The notes under the pieces were generated by a model. That model made no database searches and was not told the DNA's origin. It saw only the letters and a list, made by a program, of their open reading frames with translations. Of a stretch of 64,000 nt of DNA, positions 13,750 through 26,741 are shown piece by piece (position 1 is the first letter of the stretch; every line of letters begins with the position of its first letter). The stretch comes from Octopus sinensis. Its lineage: Eukaryota. Position numbers and translations under genes: made by a program. Location: positions 46,872,001 to 46,936,000 of the forward strand of contig NC_043005.1 of NCBI RefSeq assembly GCF_006345805.1. The letters run 5' to 3'.

Positions 13750-15080
13750 ATGACATAATGAAGTCATTGAAGCTTAAAAACCTATTTAAAACAGTGTCAA
13801 TCAATTTTACGGCAAAAAGACGAAATTTATTCGAAACATCTACTATCAGGTTTCAAATGAGACTTTTAATCTCACCGAAGTCATTTACGGGGGAAAATAT
13901 TTTAATACAGCGCAGATGTCGTATTTTGTTGCGAAAAGCTTCACATTATCAGCGATCGACTTATTGCCCAGATGCTAAAGAAATTTAGCAAATTGTTCTT
14001 GCTAAAATATATTTTTCTTTCAAACGACACTGTATGCTGGCAGATAAGTCAGATGCCATAGAATATCGGAAGAAAAAGGTTCTGCGTCCTTTTTCTATAT
14101 CAGTTGTTGTGTCGGCTGATATTGCTCATTGCTACCGGTTTCTGATCTTTGTATACGACGTACATTCAGCGGAAATATTAAAAATGATGTCCTTCTTTGC
14201 TAAGTTCTTCTGACCAGGAGCAAAGCTGCTGATGTCTGAAATTGTTGATCAAATTTTCAACATGAATGATATGGAATCATCGCGGCAAGTGCATCTTCCA
14301 AAAGGGAATTCCAAAACGTTTTTGGGAAAGAGATCTACTCGAGCAACGTGTATTCATTGAAACGAACACAGCGTATATCTTTCACTACATTACGGAATAG
14401 TTTGAATAATATGACGAAAGGAATAATTAAAGTAGTTGATTATACCAAATCTTCAGCTGTAGGTATAAGGCTTTTTACAAGTCTATCGAGATATGGGATC
14501 TGAATGCAAGGCTTTACTTTTTATAGATCAGTTAAACGACATTTCCCCGGAAATGGCCTTAAGTGGGTTTTCAATTTAAGAGAGAATTTAAGAGTCTGCT
14601 TTCAGATTCAGGAAGAGAAATAACCATGAAGACTGTTAGTAAAGTCTTCTTTGGATGCAGGATGTTTTAGGTGGCATTCTTGTAGAATTAGCTGATTTGA
14701 ATCTTTCTTTGCAAGTAAGAGTGGAAATCTTATAACATGTGAACAGAAATATCAAATCATTCTTCGACAATTTGTTTATTCAATTTGAAAGGGTACAAAG
14801 GGGAGCTACATTCAATTTTTTTTTTTTTCAAAATAATTTACAAGATTGAAAACCTCGAAATATCGAGAAAGAGCTCGTCCAATGTCTTTTATTAAAGTTG
14901 ACGGAAGAGCTTCAACACAATTTTCCAGAGGCATTCCAAGAGAACACCCCGGTAATCCTCCCAACAAAAATAGACAAACTTCCTCAGTTGGATCCACAGG
15001 AACTTTGGGAAGTAAAGGATGAGTATACCCTACATATTCCTATTAAAAATTCTTCGTCAGTCTAAAGCGTTTTGGACCAT
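13750..15080 (+). pseudogene. Decayed hAT (Charlie/ZBED5/SCAND3-like) transposase remnant
   Basis: Collinear motifs across frameshifts: PDAKEI*QIVL, LSNDTV, FSISVVVSADIAHC, KAADV, IKVVDYTKSSAVGIRLF, DMGSECKALLF, LADLNLSLQ, LTEELQHNFPE, FWTII; no TIR seen. Confidence 0.85.
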
Positions 15081-15540
15081 TATCAGAGCTGTTTTTTCTG
15101 TTTGTATGTTCGCATGTGTGTGCGTCAGTGTGCATGTATATGCACATACGTATTTATGTATGCACACACTGATGCATACACATACATAAACATGTATACA
15201 TAATACACATACATATGTGTATACATGTGCGCAGTGACGCACACATATACGAACAAACAAATAAACAAGCAAAAAGAACGTAGTCCTGATAACAAGCAAA
15301 AAGAACGTAGCTCCAACCGAAGGGTTTGGAAGACGCAACGAGAATTTTAGAAAAACTAAATAAGTACATGAGTGGAAATCGAACTGCTGAGTGTGTTAAG
15401 TAATAAGGAACTAAATTGCGAGGATGATATATATATATATATATATATAGCGGCGCCCGAACCCCTTTGGTCTTATATAAATTTTGAAGAGATATTTTCT
15501 CAATGAATATATAATATAATATATCGTAAAATATCAAACA

Positions 15541-15939
15541 TTATTATCGAGTGAGAAAATAATAGAAAGATATAATAGATGCAACTTCATTTATCAATTA
15601 ATCAATATATTCACCTACAATTGTTTCATTTCTCAAACAAATTAAAATTACAAAACCTATATCTAAATATATGATTTTGCATGTTAAATACTTTGTATGG
15701 AAAATCATCAGGGTGTACAAAGTACAATAAGGATTAAATTAGGATGCGTTTGCAATCTGCAGAATATAGTACACCCTAATGATTTTCCATACAAGGTATT
15801 TAAAAAGCAAAATTATATATTTGTATTTTTGTAACTATAATTTTGTTTGTGAAATGAAACAGTTGTAGGTGAATATGTCGATTAATTAATAAATAGATTC
15901 CTATCCATTAGATCTCTCCATTTTCTAACTCGATAATAA
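15541..15939. mobile_element. Older foldback element (about 400 bp)
   Basis: About 175-bp degenerate inverted arms (ttattatcgagt.agaaaat ... tattcacctacaa.tgtttcattt ... tgtatggaaaatcat.agggtgtac) around a 50-nt spacer. Confidence 0.8.
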
Positions 15940-15950
15940 TAATAATAATG

Positions 15951-16004
<54 letters not shown>

Positions 16005-16998
16005 TTAATAGCAACAATAATAATAATAATAATATGTGTGTGTATGTGTACAAAAGAGAAATTCTGTCCGTTTATTTTTCCTCCAAAATGAAAGTAAATG
16101 GTTTAAGGAAAACTATTATGCATTTTATTCTTACATATCTTAGCATTTGTATATGTATATATATATATATATAAGAAGGAATGAGGTACTCAGAAATCTG
16201 GATGGTTTTATATTTACAGATATTTATTAGTATGTTACATGTTTTTATAAATCATATATTATATATTAGCGATTTCGTCCCCTCTAGTGGAGTTGTTAAA
16301 TTGAACTTTTGCAGGAATTTTGTCTTTTTATAGTATTATCGAGTGTGTAGGGGTGGGGAGAGATAAGATAGTACAAGAGGGTGAGGAATGGGGAGAAAGT
16401 GAGAGCACGCGCGTGTCAGTGTACGTGTGTGAGTGTGTGTGTGTGTTTTTGTATCTGAAAGGTGTGTTAGAGAAAAAGAGAAGGAAAGGAAGAAGAAGGA
16501 GAGAAAGAAGAAAATATTTCTTAATATCTTTGTAGCTGGTCAGTCTTTCAATAGTAAATGATGCTTGGCTTTTAGAAATGGTGACACCGTCGTCGTTCCT
16601 CGCATACCAGTAATACCAGTTTCTGGAGAGTTTACATCTTTTCTTTGCTGGCGTATTACTTTCAATATTGTAAACCAAAAATTATGCACATAAAGGAAAT
16701 TATACAGCAATCTCTCTTATTGTAAGCAGTTGTATGCATGTATTATATAATTGCCCTTACTGTATTAATAAATAAAATATCACATACAACTCATCTATTA
16801 TTGTCTTATAATAAACTAACAGAAGTTCATGTATTAAGCTGAACTTTTTTCTACTGCAATTATTACATATTTTTCTCGTATAAACATACGCACATACAGG
16901 AGGAGTAAATTACATACATATACATAATAATACTTTGAAATGTTGTTCCCGAGAAACAGCAAACGTAATTATTGGATCAAAGACGGGTATTAATGCTA

Positions 16999-17014
16999 GT
17001 ATATATATATATAT

Positions 17015-17096
<82 letters not shown>

Positions 17097-17097
17097 T

Positions 17098-17151
<54 letters not shown>

Positions 17152-17264
17152 CATATGTAAGGGTGCATACCGTTGCCTTGTGTGCATGTATTACTTGTAT
17201 CCCTAATATGTCTATTGAAAGCGACATATAGAAGATCTATTGTTGTAAGATTTGTATGTGTTTG

Positions 17265-17309
<45 letters not shown>

Positions 17310-17349
17310 GTCTATCTGTCTATCTATCTATCTATCTATCTACCTATCA

Positions 17350-17390
<41 letters not shown>

Positions 17391-17547
17391 CCTATCTATC
17401 TATCTATCTATCTACCTATCTATCTATCTATCTATCTATTTATCTGTGTTTATCCACACACACATACATATATATGCATATATATGTATATAAAATGTAT
17501 ATAATGTATATACATTTGTGTGCATATATATATATATATATTTTTTG

Positions 17548-17637
<90 letters not shown>

Positions 17638-17824
17638 TGTGTGTTTGTGTGTGTATGTGTGTGTGTCTGTGTGCATGTGTAGCTATTCAATAATTCATAT
17701 ATGGCCTATTGTAAGATCTACAACATTTCGCAATAAGCCATTAATGTTATCCTTGTTGATAAATGTCTATTTCCTATTTACCGTATCAGCTTGGCACTAA
17801 TACCATCTATTGAATGAAAAAGGA

Positions 17825-17873
<49 letters not shown>

Positions 17874-17894
17874 TAATAATAATAATAATAATAA

Positions 17895-17925
<31 letters not shown>

Positions 17926-17955
17926 TGATAATAATAACAGTAATAATAATAATCC
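16999..17955. repeat. Microsatellite cluster: (TA)n, (TCTA)n, (TA)n/(TG)n, (AAT)n
   Basis: Direct reading; source of many spurious ORFs. Confidence 0.97.
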
Positions 17956-19311
17956 TCGTCTGAATATTCTATTACATTTGTTAGCAATTTATTCCAGCCC
18001 TATGGGATCTATTTTTTCTGCCGAAAGGGATTTTAGTAAACCATCGATATCTTTTACTAATTGCCATCTATAGCATTCCTACATGAATGCAATAAAAACT
18101 AAACTCAATAAAACAAATTAGAGGATCAATAAGAAAGAAATGAAATAAAAGAACGACCAAAATAAGGAACTGAAAATATAAGCAAAACAGTTAAAACAAA
18201 TTGGGGACAAATACACTCGCGTTGATTTTTGCAAAATAATCCCCTATATTCCTGTCAACTGACCAGCCAGTTTCTGTCATCTCTGTAATTGTTCTGACAT
18301 GACAGTTTTCTCTCTGAAGATCCATGACTAGTTCCTGAAATCTAAGACTGGCAAGTTAAGCTGCTGGTCAAGACATCATAGGAGAAGGGACTACTTAGTA
18401 ATATTAGACAACACACAATTGATTCAGTTATGTTTACTTAAATTCCTGGAGAAATATTTTCCTCATTGACGTCTACGATCGAACATTTCGTCCTCTCTCT
18501 TCGCTGGAGGTTAAAGGGTTGTTCTTCTTTATGACTACTAAAGCCGAGGTTCAATGAATAATTGGGAAGATTTTCTGAAAATGCACATTGCTTTAAACTA
18601 TTAACCTTGAAGTTTGCTGGAACAAAAACAGATTTTTCCGTTAAGAGCAACTATGGCAAAACAAAAACAGAAATAAAAACATTTAAAAAATAGATTAGCG
18701 AAAAGATCAGTGATCGTAGTCAGCAGAGATCAGGTTTTTACAAATAACTCACTGTTAATCTTGGGTTAGGGTGGGTAAAAACATTAAGTTGATTTGACAG
18801 TGAATCAATGAGAGTGTGTATATGCAAAGCCGAAGAAAGATAATCCGTTGCATTTGTTACAAAGAGCAGACGATAGAAATTAAAGAAGAAATTCGCACTA
18901 AAAATATCCCTCGTTTATACGCTCCAATAAGCAATGGCTCAGGAGATATTCCCGATAAAAATAGTTAGAATATTAACACATCATTTTCATTCGACGTGGC
19001 ACAAAAAGAGTTGCATTTCAGCGGCGATAGTGGTAGTGGTCTTAATGATGGCGTAATGCTGCCGCTGCTGCGTTTGATGTGAATCGAAGAAAAAGAAGAG
19101 ACACACAGATTTTATAATTAGATCCTGTTAACGTTTTATATTCATTAATAGTTTCATAAAAATAGCTTTAGTCGCAAAGGTATAGCGTCAAAGAGATAGT
19201 CGAGATGTACAACATATCATTGCCATTTATATTAAACGCACAAAATTACACGCACATGCACACACACTCATGCACACACAGACACAGACACACACACAGA
19301 CACACACACAG

Positions 19312-19343
<32 letters not shown>

Positions 19344-19963
19344 ACAAACACACACACACACACACACACGCACGCACGTACATTTAATATTAATAGTGCC
19401 TGTTTACGCCCAAGTTCTGCCGTTAAAAGTGACTTTCGAAAACAGGCTGTTTTGAGAATCCAGTTTAAAGGTGAAACTTCTAAGTTTTGCAGTCATATAA
19501 TATGAAATATTATTTCAACTCTTCGAAAAGTATTTCACTTCTTTCAGGCTATGCTTAGCATATCAATAAGAGAAACCCATTTGATGACCAGTTGTACATA
19601 CATACATGCATTCATATATAGATACATCATTCATACTTACATACGATTGATTCTTACATACGCGCATATATATTTATGTATTTGTGTATGGGTATATATA
19701 TATATATATATGTATAATATGTATATTATATATATTTAATTATATATTATATATATATATTTAAAATATATTATATATATATATAAAAATATATAAAAAT
19801 TTATAAATATAAATTAATAATTTCAATTTTAGATTTAAATAATTTAAATTTTAAAATTTCATATTTTATATATTTTGTATATTATATTAATTATTTTTAT
19901 TTTTATGTTTTGGTTTATGTTTTTCAGTTTGATTTGCCTAATAGTGGTTTTATCACTAATTTA

Positions 19964-20009
<46 letters not shown>

Positions 20010-20261
20010 GATTAATTTGCATGAAGTAGTGACTGAGATATATATATACAAAATTTAAAGGACTGACCACTAAAAGTGGACGGTTAATATGCTAGATATA
20101 GACGTCAAAATCGCTATTTTCCACGAAGAATATGTTCTCAAATATATATATATATATATCAAATTTTTAATTTATCATGAATCCAAAACAATGTAAATTG
20201 TAAGAAATAATGCAAGCCAATGTTTTCTACTATTAATTTATTTTTAATATTTTGTTGTTAG

Positions 20262-20365
20262 GACTCTTTCCTCAAGAAATCTTTGAACCGTACAGCACTG
20301 TACAGAACAGAGAAGAGCCCCCGAAATACGAGATGTCTAATCCGGAGAGGCTGGTGTTCCGATAA
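20262..20365 (+). CDS. Candidate terminal exon of a plus-strand gene or retrocopy end: GLFPQEIFEPYSTVQNREEPPKYEMSNPERLVFR-stop
   Basis: Strong acceptor ttatttttaatattttgttgttAG; 33 open codons with a PPxY motif; A16 run 30 nt after the stop. Confidence 0.35.
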
Positions 20366-21039
20366 AAGCATGTTACCCATGTGTTTAGATTTACAAAAAA
20401 AAAAAAAAAATTCGGATATGAAATTAAGTAGAGCCATAGAGTTCTTGGTTCTACAAAGGATTTGACATCTTTCAACAACACTTAGACTGTATCTCATTTG
20501 TTTGATCCGTGTACATATGGTGTGAATTGCTCCTCGATGCTCCACATGATTGCATGTGGTGTGCAGTTGGTCATCAGATCCTATATATGGATAGCCACAA
20601 CTTTGTGGCTTTATTTTTGCTCATGTTTTAGAAGGCGGTGAGACTGGCGATTTGCTTTTTTTAAAAGTTACTTTCACATAAACCAGCGTAACTTTTGCTT
20701 TATTTTTCCACATTTGCAGCATTGGTGTGAGAGCTTGGCTTTATAAACCACTGACTTTATCAAAAACACCTCATCGAGTGAGCAAGCCTCAGGGTTTCAA
20801 TTGTTATAAATTGGAGTGGGCCGTTGGTGTGGCATACAAGTGATAATGTCTTTCCTATTGAGGCAACAGCTGCGTGGGTTACTCAAGGATACGCTTGAAG
20901 AACAAACGTTTTTAGGATATCATGCAGTCAGATCGAATTCCAGGCTTCTTGATTTGCAAAGCAAATATATAAATCATTCCGTCACACATGTGTTCCCACC
21001 ACCATCATACTCACACACGTGTTATGAATAATAGGTTCA

Positions 21040-21380
21040 AGATTTAACCCCCTTCGGTCATGACACAGAGCATGGGATTGCACCTAGAAAGTTACCCGCC
21101 CTGCACAAGTTCGGGCAAGGTTGTTTATGGAAGACTAGCAGTCACCCATCCATACCGGCCTCCTCTCTCCACGCCACCAGTGTTACCAAGGGAACGACAA
21201 AGGCCAATACAGCTTGGCACCTGTGACGTCGCAACTCATTTCTGCAGCTGAGTGAACTGGAGCAACGTGAAATAAAGTGTCTTGCTCAAGAACACAACAC
21301 TCAGCCCGGTTCGGGATTCGAGCTCATAACCGCACGATCGTAAGCCCTACGCTCTAACCACTGAGCCATGCACCTTCACA
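21040..21380 (-). mobile_element. tRNA-derived SINE group C
   Basis: Minus head gtgaaggtgcatggctcagtggttagagc...agctcgaatccc with A/B boxes; ttgagcaagacactttatttcacgttgctccag domain. Confidence 0.85.
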
Positions 21381-21462
21381 ATTAAATTACTATTATGACT
21401 TAATAGCTACATCTTTTGTTTCCATTTCATGATTACTTCTGAGAAAACTACGACATCAAAGA

Positions 21463-21680
21463 AGGCGGCTAGATGGTAGAATCGTTAGCACGTTGGGCAA
21501 AATGCTTAGCGGCACTTCATCCGCCTTTGCGTTCTGAGCTCAAATTCTGCCAAGGTTGACTTTGTCTTTTATCCTTTCGTGGTTGATAAAAGAAGTACCA
21601 GCTGAGCACTAGGTTTGATGTAATCAACTTACCCCTCCACTGAAATTGCTGGCCTTGTGCCGAAATTTGAAGCCAATATT
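21463..21680 (+). mobile_element. SINE group A
   Basis: Head and core. Confidence 0.85.
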
Positions 21681-21869
21681 AAGAAACCATATAGAATTCG
21701 TGTGACTTTATTTTCTACTTCAGATAGTATCTGAAATTAGCGAAAACTGTCGGAAACAAACGAACATGGAACTTATGCAAGCTAGAGAACGATTCTGTTA
21801 ATACTACGCTAAGCTATTGAGTCTATTTATCACATTATATAAATATTTGTATCTTGATTAGGTACAAGT

Positions 21870-21937
21870 CTAGTATTTTACGGATATGATCCAGTCAACT
21901 GATGCGATTCTCGTATTACGGGAATTCCTTTCATCAT
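21870..21937 (-). CDS. Candidate exon: DDERNSRNTRIASVDWIIS, then VKY-stop if terminal, or a weak donor after 21882
   Basis: Acceptor tatacttttgtAG in phase 1 matches the upstream exon; in-frame TAG at 21872-21870; alternative weak donor TCC|gtaaaa. Confidence 0.45.
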
Positions 21938-22860
21938 CTACAAAAGTATACGCAGTTTTGTTGCTGTTGTTGTTGTTGTATCAGTCATAAGGCTAAATTA
22001 TATAGAAGAATTTAGTCGACCGAGTAGGCACCAGTAAATTTATTAATGGCACGTATTTTATCGATGCCGACAAGATTTGCCTCATAACATAGTGCGACTG
22101 AAGTAACAGCTATAGCGTTTTTAGTTCGGTGTTCCGCACTCGCTTCCTTCTCCATATCCATGAGATAACTAAACATTGATTAATTGACTTGGTAATGAAT
22201 GTTACGAATTTTCTTATATTCATTCCCTTATTTGTGTTTGTTTGTAGGTATTACTCTTATTAACGCTCACACGTTATTCTTAAGATGTACACCACGACTT
22301 GGTTTGTATAGTTATTTCTTATACATAATGTAACATTCCACTAGATTCTTCAATGAATATTACTGATGAAGATTAAGATGCTTCATTAGACAACTAGGTC
22401 AATCATACGACAAAACTGTTCTGAGCATCATAGAATAGCATTATCAATTTCGCATGAAGTAACGTGGATATCTGTTCATTCTTGAAATCATTACGCCACC
22501 ACTAAAGAACTTGATGTACATTGAAGAGAGTATTTATAAGGTCATCAATACACGATATGAGCTGAAAATGTGCTGTTTATCCGACCTTTCATGCCAAGAC
22601 GATATAAGATAACAATAGATTCGCATATCAAAGCTAGTATTCATTCGGTTTCTTCAAATTTTGTGTCATCTTTTATCGCAGGAAATTGTAAGGTGCAAAA
22701 GTCACAGAAGCGTGTTCACATACAACATTAGCAGTGAAACAATAACTCATATACACTATTCACGCTCCTACTTCTCTATGTATTCCTTGCTATTTTTCTC
22801 TACTTCTCTTTCACTTTCTCTTCTCCATTTTCTCTTCCTCGGCGTTTCCAAAACATTTAC

Positions 22861-22916
22861 CTTTATCTCCTTTGCTGTCTTTTGATTTCTCCTTTAGGTC
22901 TTGTTCAGATTCCTTA
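22861..22916 (-). CDS. Exon (56 nt, phase 2 to 1): IKESEQDLKEKSKDSKGDK
   Basis: Strong acceptor ttttcttctcttctcttatgtcgtAG, donor AAG|gtaaat; purine-rich body. Confidence 0.7.
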
Positions 22917-23263
22917 CTACGACATAAGAGAAGAGAAGAAAATTCCCATCAGGCTGAGCAGTGAATTTCTTAAAGCATTTCCAGGCATTGCACATATTTC
23001 CCGTTGCTTTAACGACGTTCTTGATTAATAAAGAAATTTCAATCTATCTTTACTTTTCGATGTTGCTGTGAATTTATGGTTGTCGCCCAAGAAATCTACT
23101 TTCAAACGTAAAATTATAGTCCAAAATAAATAAATCTCAATATATACCACACTGTCTTAAGCTGCTTTTCATGTTTCACCATCTTACACCTGTTTGTCTC
23201 TCTCGCTCTCATATATATATATATATATATACATATACGCACGGGTGCGCGTGCGCACACACA

Positions 23264-23296
<33 letters not shown>

Positions 23297-24079
23297 TCAG
23301 GTTTTAGTCAGTCTTCGTGCTTGGTGGTCACCGAAAAATAAGAGGATTCTGATTAATCAAATCATGCAACCAATATTATTTTCACTTACAGAACAGAGGC
23401 TTTTGAAAACGGTTGTGAGTACTGATAATAATTTTTAGCTATCTTTATGCAGAAAAAGTCTTGCTGTGCACTCTAGTTTCTGAATATGTAATAAATACAA
23501 TGACTTATTTTACGAAAGCTTGAATTACAGGGAAACTTTTCTGTTTGGTTAAGAACGAAACATTTCAAAATATATTTTTTGATGTGTGAATCTTTTTGGA
23601 GGCAGGGATTAAATGACAAATGTCATTATTGTAAGCGTTATTTTGTCTCTTGTGGGCACCTCTTAAGCAAAGTGTATCTCTCAGAGGGAAACATTCGGTA
23701 ATGTAATATACGTTCATGACTTGTGTTACAAACGCTATCATAAATACAATTCTTAATCAGTTTACTCTTCTAGGATACTACACTTTAGTACGCGCATTCA
23801 TTTCTTGCACGCACATTAACATGTTGCGCGTACATAAAGACTTTTTTTTTACGCTAGATGTAAAACATGTGAGGATGAACACATGCACACAGTTTAGACG
23901 TTCCAATATTGAACAACAGATTCACGCTTCGCCACAGTCATAACTAGATGCATCAACTTAACATAAACACTAGACTAACGTGCCTAGTCATAAGAAATAT
24001 TTCATGTAGAGTGTTATTAACCCATCAACGCCCATTGTCCCATTTTTAGACAGATTTTAAATCCAATATAAATAATTGA

Positions 24080-24256
24080 TTTCAAATGTTGGAACAAGGT
24101 CAGCAATTGCAAGGAATAAAATGATTAAATCGACCTAAGTGATCAGCAGGACTTACTTCGACTTTTGCAGGATTTGAACTCAGCGCTTCAGGACGGACGA
24201 AACATCGCTAAGCATTTTTCTCGGCGTGCTAACGATTTCGCCAGTTCGTTGCCTTA
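24080..24256 (-). mobile_element. SINE group A (internally deleted)
   Basis: Head and partial tail; another decayed plus copy at about 24820-25015. Confidence 0.7.
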
Positions 24257-24677
24257 AATTTCATATTAATACTATACAGACTTTTGTATTCATTTGTTAT
24301 ATATTTCATATTACAGTATTCTCCAAGTATACTATTAAAACAAGTCCTATAAAGGGAGAAATTTCATGAAAGAGTCCTTTGGAGTTATGAAAATGGAAAG
24401 AATTATAATATTCTTAGTTTAATTATGGCTTTAATGAGTTTAGCTTATATTTAGAAACTATTTTAGACAAGAAGCATAAATATACAAGAGTATATAAAGC
24501 TGTAAATTTGTAACGGGTATTCTGAAAACAGCTGACGGAGTGACGGCCGTTCCCTGCACAGTTATGGACTGCCCTTTGGTAAGGCATAGCATCCATTCAG
24601 CTAAGTCAGGAGACTGAAGCATGGTGGATTGTGAAGATGCAGCGAAAGAACTCAGCTGAGACAACGACGCTTCTTAC

Positions 24678-24717
24678 ATCGATGGTGAGCGGTGGAATCT
24701 TGGAAGATCACAAAACT
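24678..24717 (-). CDS. Candidate mini-exon (40 nt, phase 1 to 2): KFCDLPRFHRSPSI
   Basis: Acceptor gttactcttttggtAG, donor GAT|gtaaga; bridges the phases of 29760-29815 and 22861-22916. Confidence 0.6.
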
Positions 24718-25019
24718 CTACCAAAAGAGTAACTGCAACGCTTCAATAGAGTTGGCGCTCATGGCTGTATAATCGGCTAAAGGAAGATTCATTATGACAC
24801 GAGTTCCCAATTCAAATTTATGAGAATCGTTAGCATATAGAAAAAACTAAATTCGCGACATTTTTTCGGCTCTTTATGCTCAGAGTTGCATACCTGTTAA
24901 GGTCAACTTTGTCTTTCCTCCTTCCGTGTCGGTAAGATAGGGTACCTGTCAAAGCTAAATCGTTGTAATAGACTTGTGCCTCGCTTTGAAGTTGCTGGTC
25001 CCATGGCAAATTATAAAGA

Positions 25020-25076
<57 letters not shown>

Positions 25077-25116
25077 TATTATTATTATTATTACTACTAT
25101 TATTATTATTCCTGTA

Positions 25117-25465
25117 GGCGCAGGAGTGGCTGTATGGTAAGTAGTTTGCTTGTGAGTGGATTTGGTAGACAGAAATCAGAAACTGAAAGAAGTCCGTCGT
25201 ATATATGTTTGTTTGTGTGTGTGTGCGTGTGTGTGTGTGTGTGCGTGTGTGTGTGTGTGTTTGTGTGTGCTTGTGTGTCTGTATTTGTCACCTCACCATC
25301 GATTGACAACTGATGTTGGTACGTACTCGTAACTTAGCGGTTCGCCAAAAGAGAACGATAGAATCAATACTAGGCTTACAAAGTCTTCGGGTCAATTTGT
25401 TCGTCTAAAGGCAGTGCTCCACCATGGCCGCAGTCAAAAGACTGAAACAAGTAAAAGAATAAAAG
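25117..25465 (+). mobile_element. SINE group B with internal deletion
   Basis: ggcgcaggagtggctgtatggtaag head joined directly to ttgtgagtggatttggtagac. Confidence 0.85.
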
Positions 25466-25479
25466 AATAAATAATTTTA

Positions 25480-25730
25480 GGCGACGAACTGGCAGAATCG
25501 TTAGCACGCTGGATGTTCTGTGTTCAAATTCCGCCGAGGTCGACTTTGACTTTCGTGTTTTTCGGGGTCGATAAATGAAGAACCAGTAAAACACTAGGGT
25601 TGATGTAATCGACAAGACCCCACTCCTCCAAAATGTCAGGCCTTTTGCCTTTAAATGAAAGGGTTATTAGTATTATTAAGGCGGCGAGCTGTCAGAATCG
25701 TTAGTGTGCCTGACAAAAAGCTTAGCAGTA
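25480..25730 (+). mobile_element. SINE group A plus a following 5' fragment
   Basis: Heads at 25480 and about 25680. Confidence 0.8.
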
Positions 25731-26007
25731 TTTTTCTCTCTATTATTTCCCTAAAGCAAAACATATAAGTACAGTGATCGATTTGTTCAATTAAACCCTT
25801 AGAGGTGGTGTCCTAAGATGGCTGCAGTCCAAAGACAGAAGCAAATGAAATGCATATACACTCACACATACACACATACATGCACACTCACATACATACA
25901 TTCATACATACATACATATATATATATACATACATACATATATACATACATATACATATATATATATACAAACATACATATATATATGTATGTATATACA
26001 CATATGT

Positions 26008-26316
26008 GGAGGCGCAATGGCTCAGTGATTAGGGCAGCGGACTCGCGGTTGTAGGATCGCGGTTTCGATTCCCAGACCGGGCGTTGTGAGTGTTTATTGA
26101 GTGAAATCACCTAAAGCTCCACGAGGCTCCGGCAGCGGGTGGTGGCGATCCCTGCTGTACTCTTTCGCTGCAACTTTCTCTCACTCTTTCTTCTGTTGGC
26201 CTGCTCGCTTAACCAGTGGGGTGGCGTCATTTGAAGACTAAAACAATGCGAAGCGCATTGTGACCAGCGATGTGTAGCAACATCTGATAGCCTGGTCGGT
26301 CACGGTGATCACGGCG
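26008..26316 (+). mobile_element. tRNA-derived SINE (group C-type head)
   Basis: ggaggcgcaatggctcagtgattagg...ggtttcgattccc A/B boxes followed by a non-tRNA body. Confidence 0.85.
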
Positions 26317-26385
26317 ATATACACATATACGTATGTAGCCATGCATGACTGTACGTACGCACGTATACATAAGTGCGTGGGTGTG

Positions 26386-26741
26386 AGTGCGCTCACAGTA
26401 AATTGCAACGTAAAAATGAAGATTTATAGACAATAATTTTTTCCTGCTCGTATATTTACAAACACCCATTGCAGAAGAATTATTTCAGTAATACTTTTAC
26501 TTCAAATTTTGGATCAAAAGCTCTAAATGTCTGTTGAAAATATGGTTCCTAAATCAATTTAACTAGTGCGCTCACAGTAAATTGCAACGTAAAAATGAAG
26601 ATTTATAGACAATAATTTTTTCCTGCTCGTATATTTACAAACACCCATTGCAGAAGGATTATTTCAGTAATACTTTTACTTCAAATTTTGGATCAAAAGC
26701 TCTAAATGTCTGTTGAAAATATGGTTCCTAAATCAATTTAA
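26386..26741. repeat. Near-perfect tandem duplication (about 177 bp x2, period 179)
   Basis: agtgcgctcacagtaaattgc...cctaaatcaatttaa at 26386 and 26565; one substitution seen. Confidence 0.95.

Noticed and set aside
14812-15070. Minus ORF 14812-14997 and a plus frame reading KYRERARPMSF as host exons
   Set aside because: They overlap the hAT transposase remnant, whose frame (LTEELQHNFPE) explains the region
15264-15310. 20-bp direct repeat aacaagcaaaaagaacgtag
   Set aside because: Only two copies with a 7-nt spacer; ordinary local duplication
16328-16678. ORF with an Ig-like YWYARNDDG stretch
   Set aside because: No Cys/Trp framework, no good minus-strand splice sites, and it runs into a microsatellite
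19735-19910. Nearly G/C-free irregular stretch
   Set aside because: Looks like a degraded (TA)n tract or poorly polished assembly rather than a functional element
22898-23030. Plus-strand exon-like frame GLVQIPYYDIREEKK
   Set aside because: Its apparent acceptor tract is the antisense of the purine-rich minus exon 22861-22916
21290-26075. tRNA genes at SINE heads (e.g. 26008, about 21375)
   Set aside because: A/B boxes continue into repeated SINE bodies; no complete acceptor stem or terminator seen
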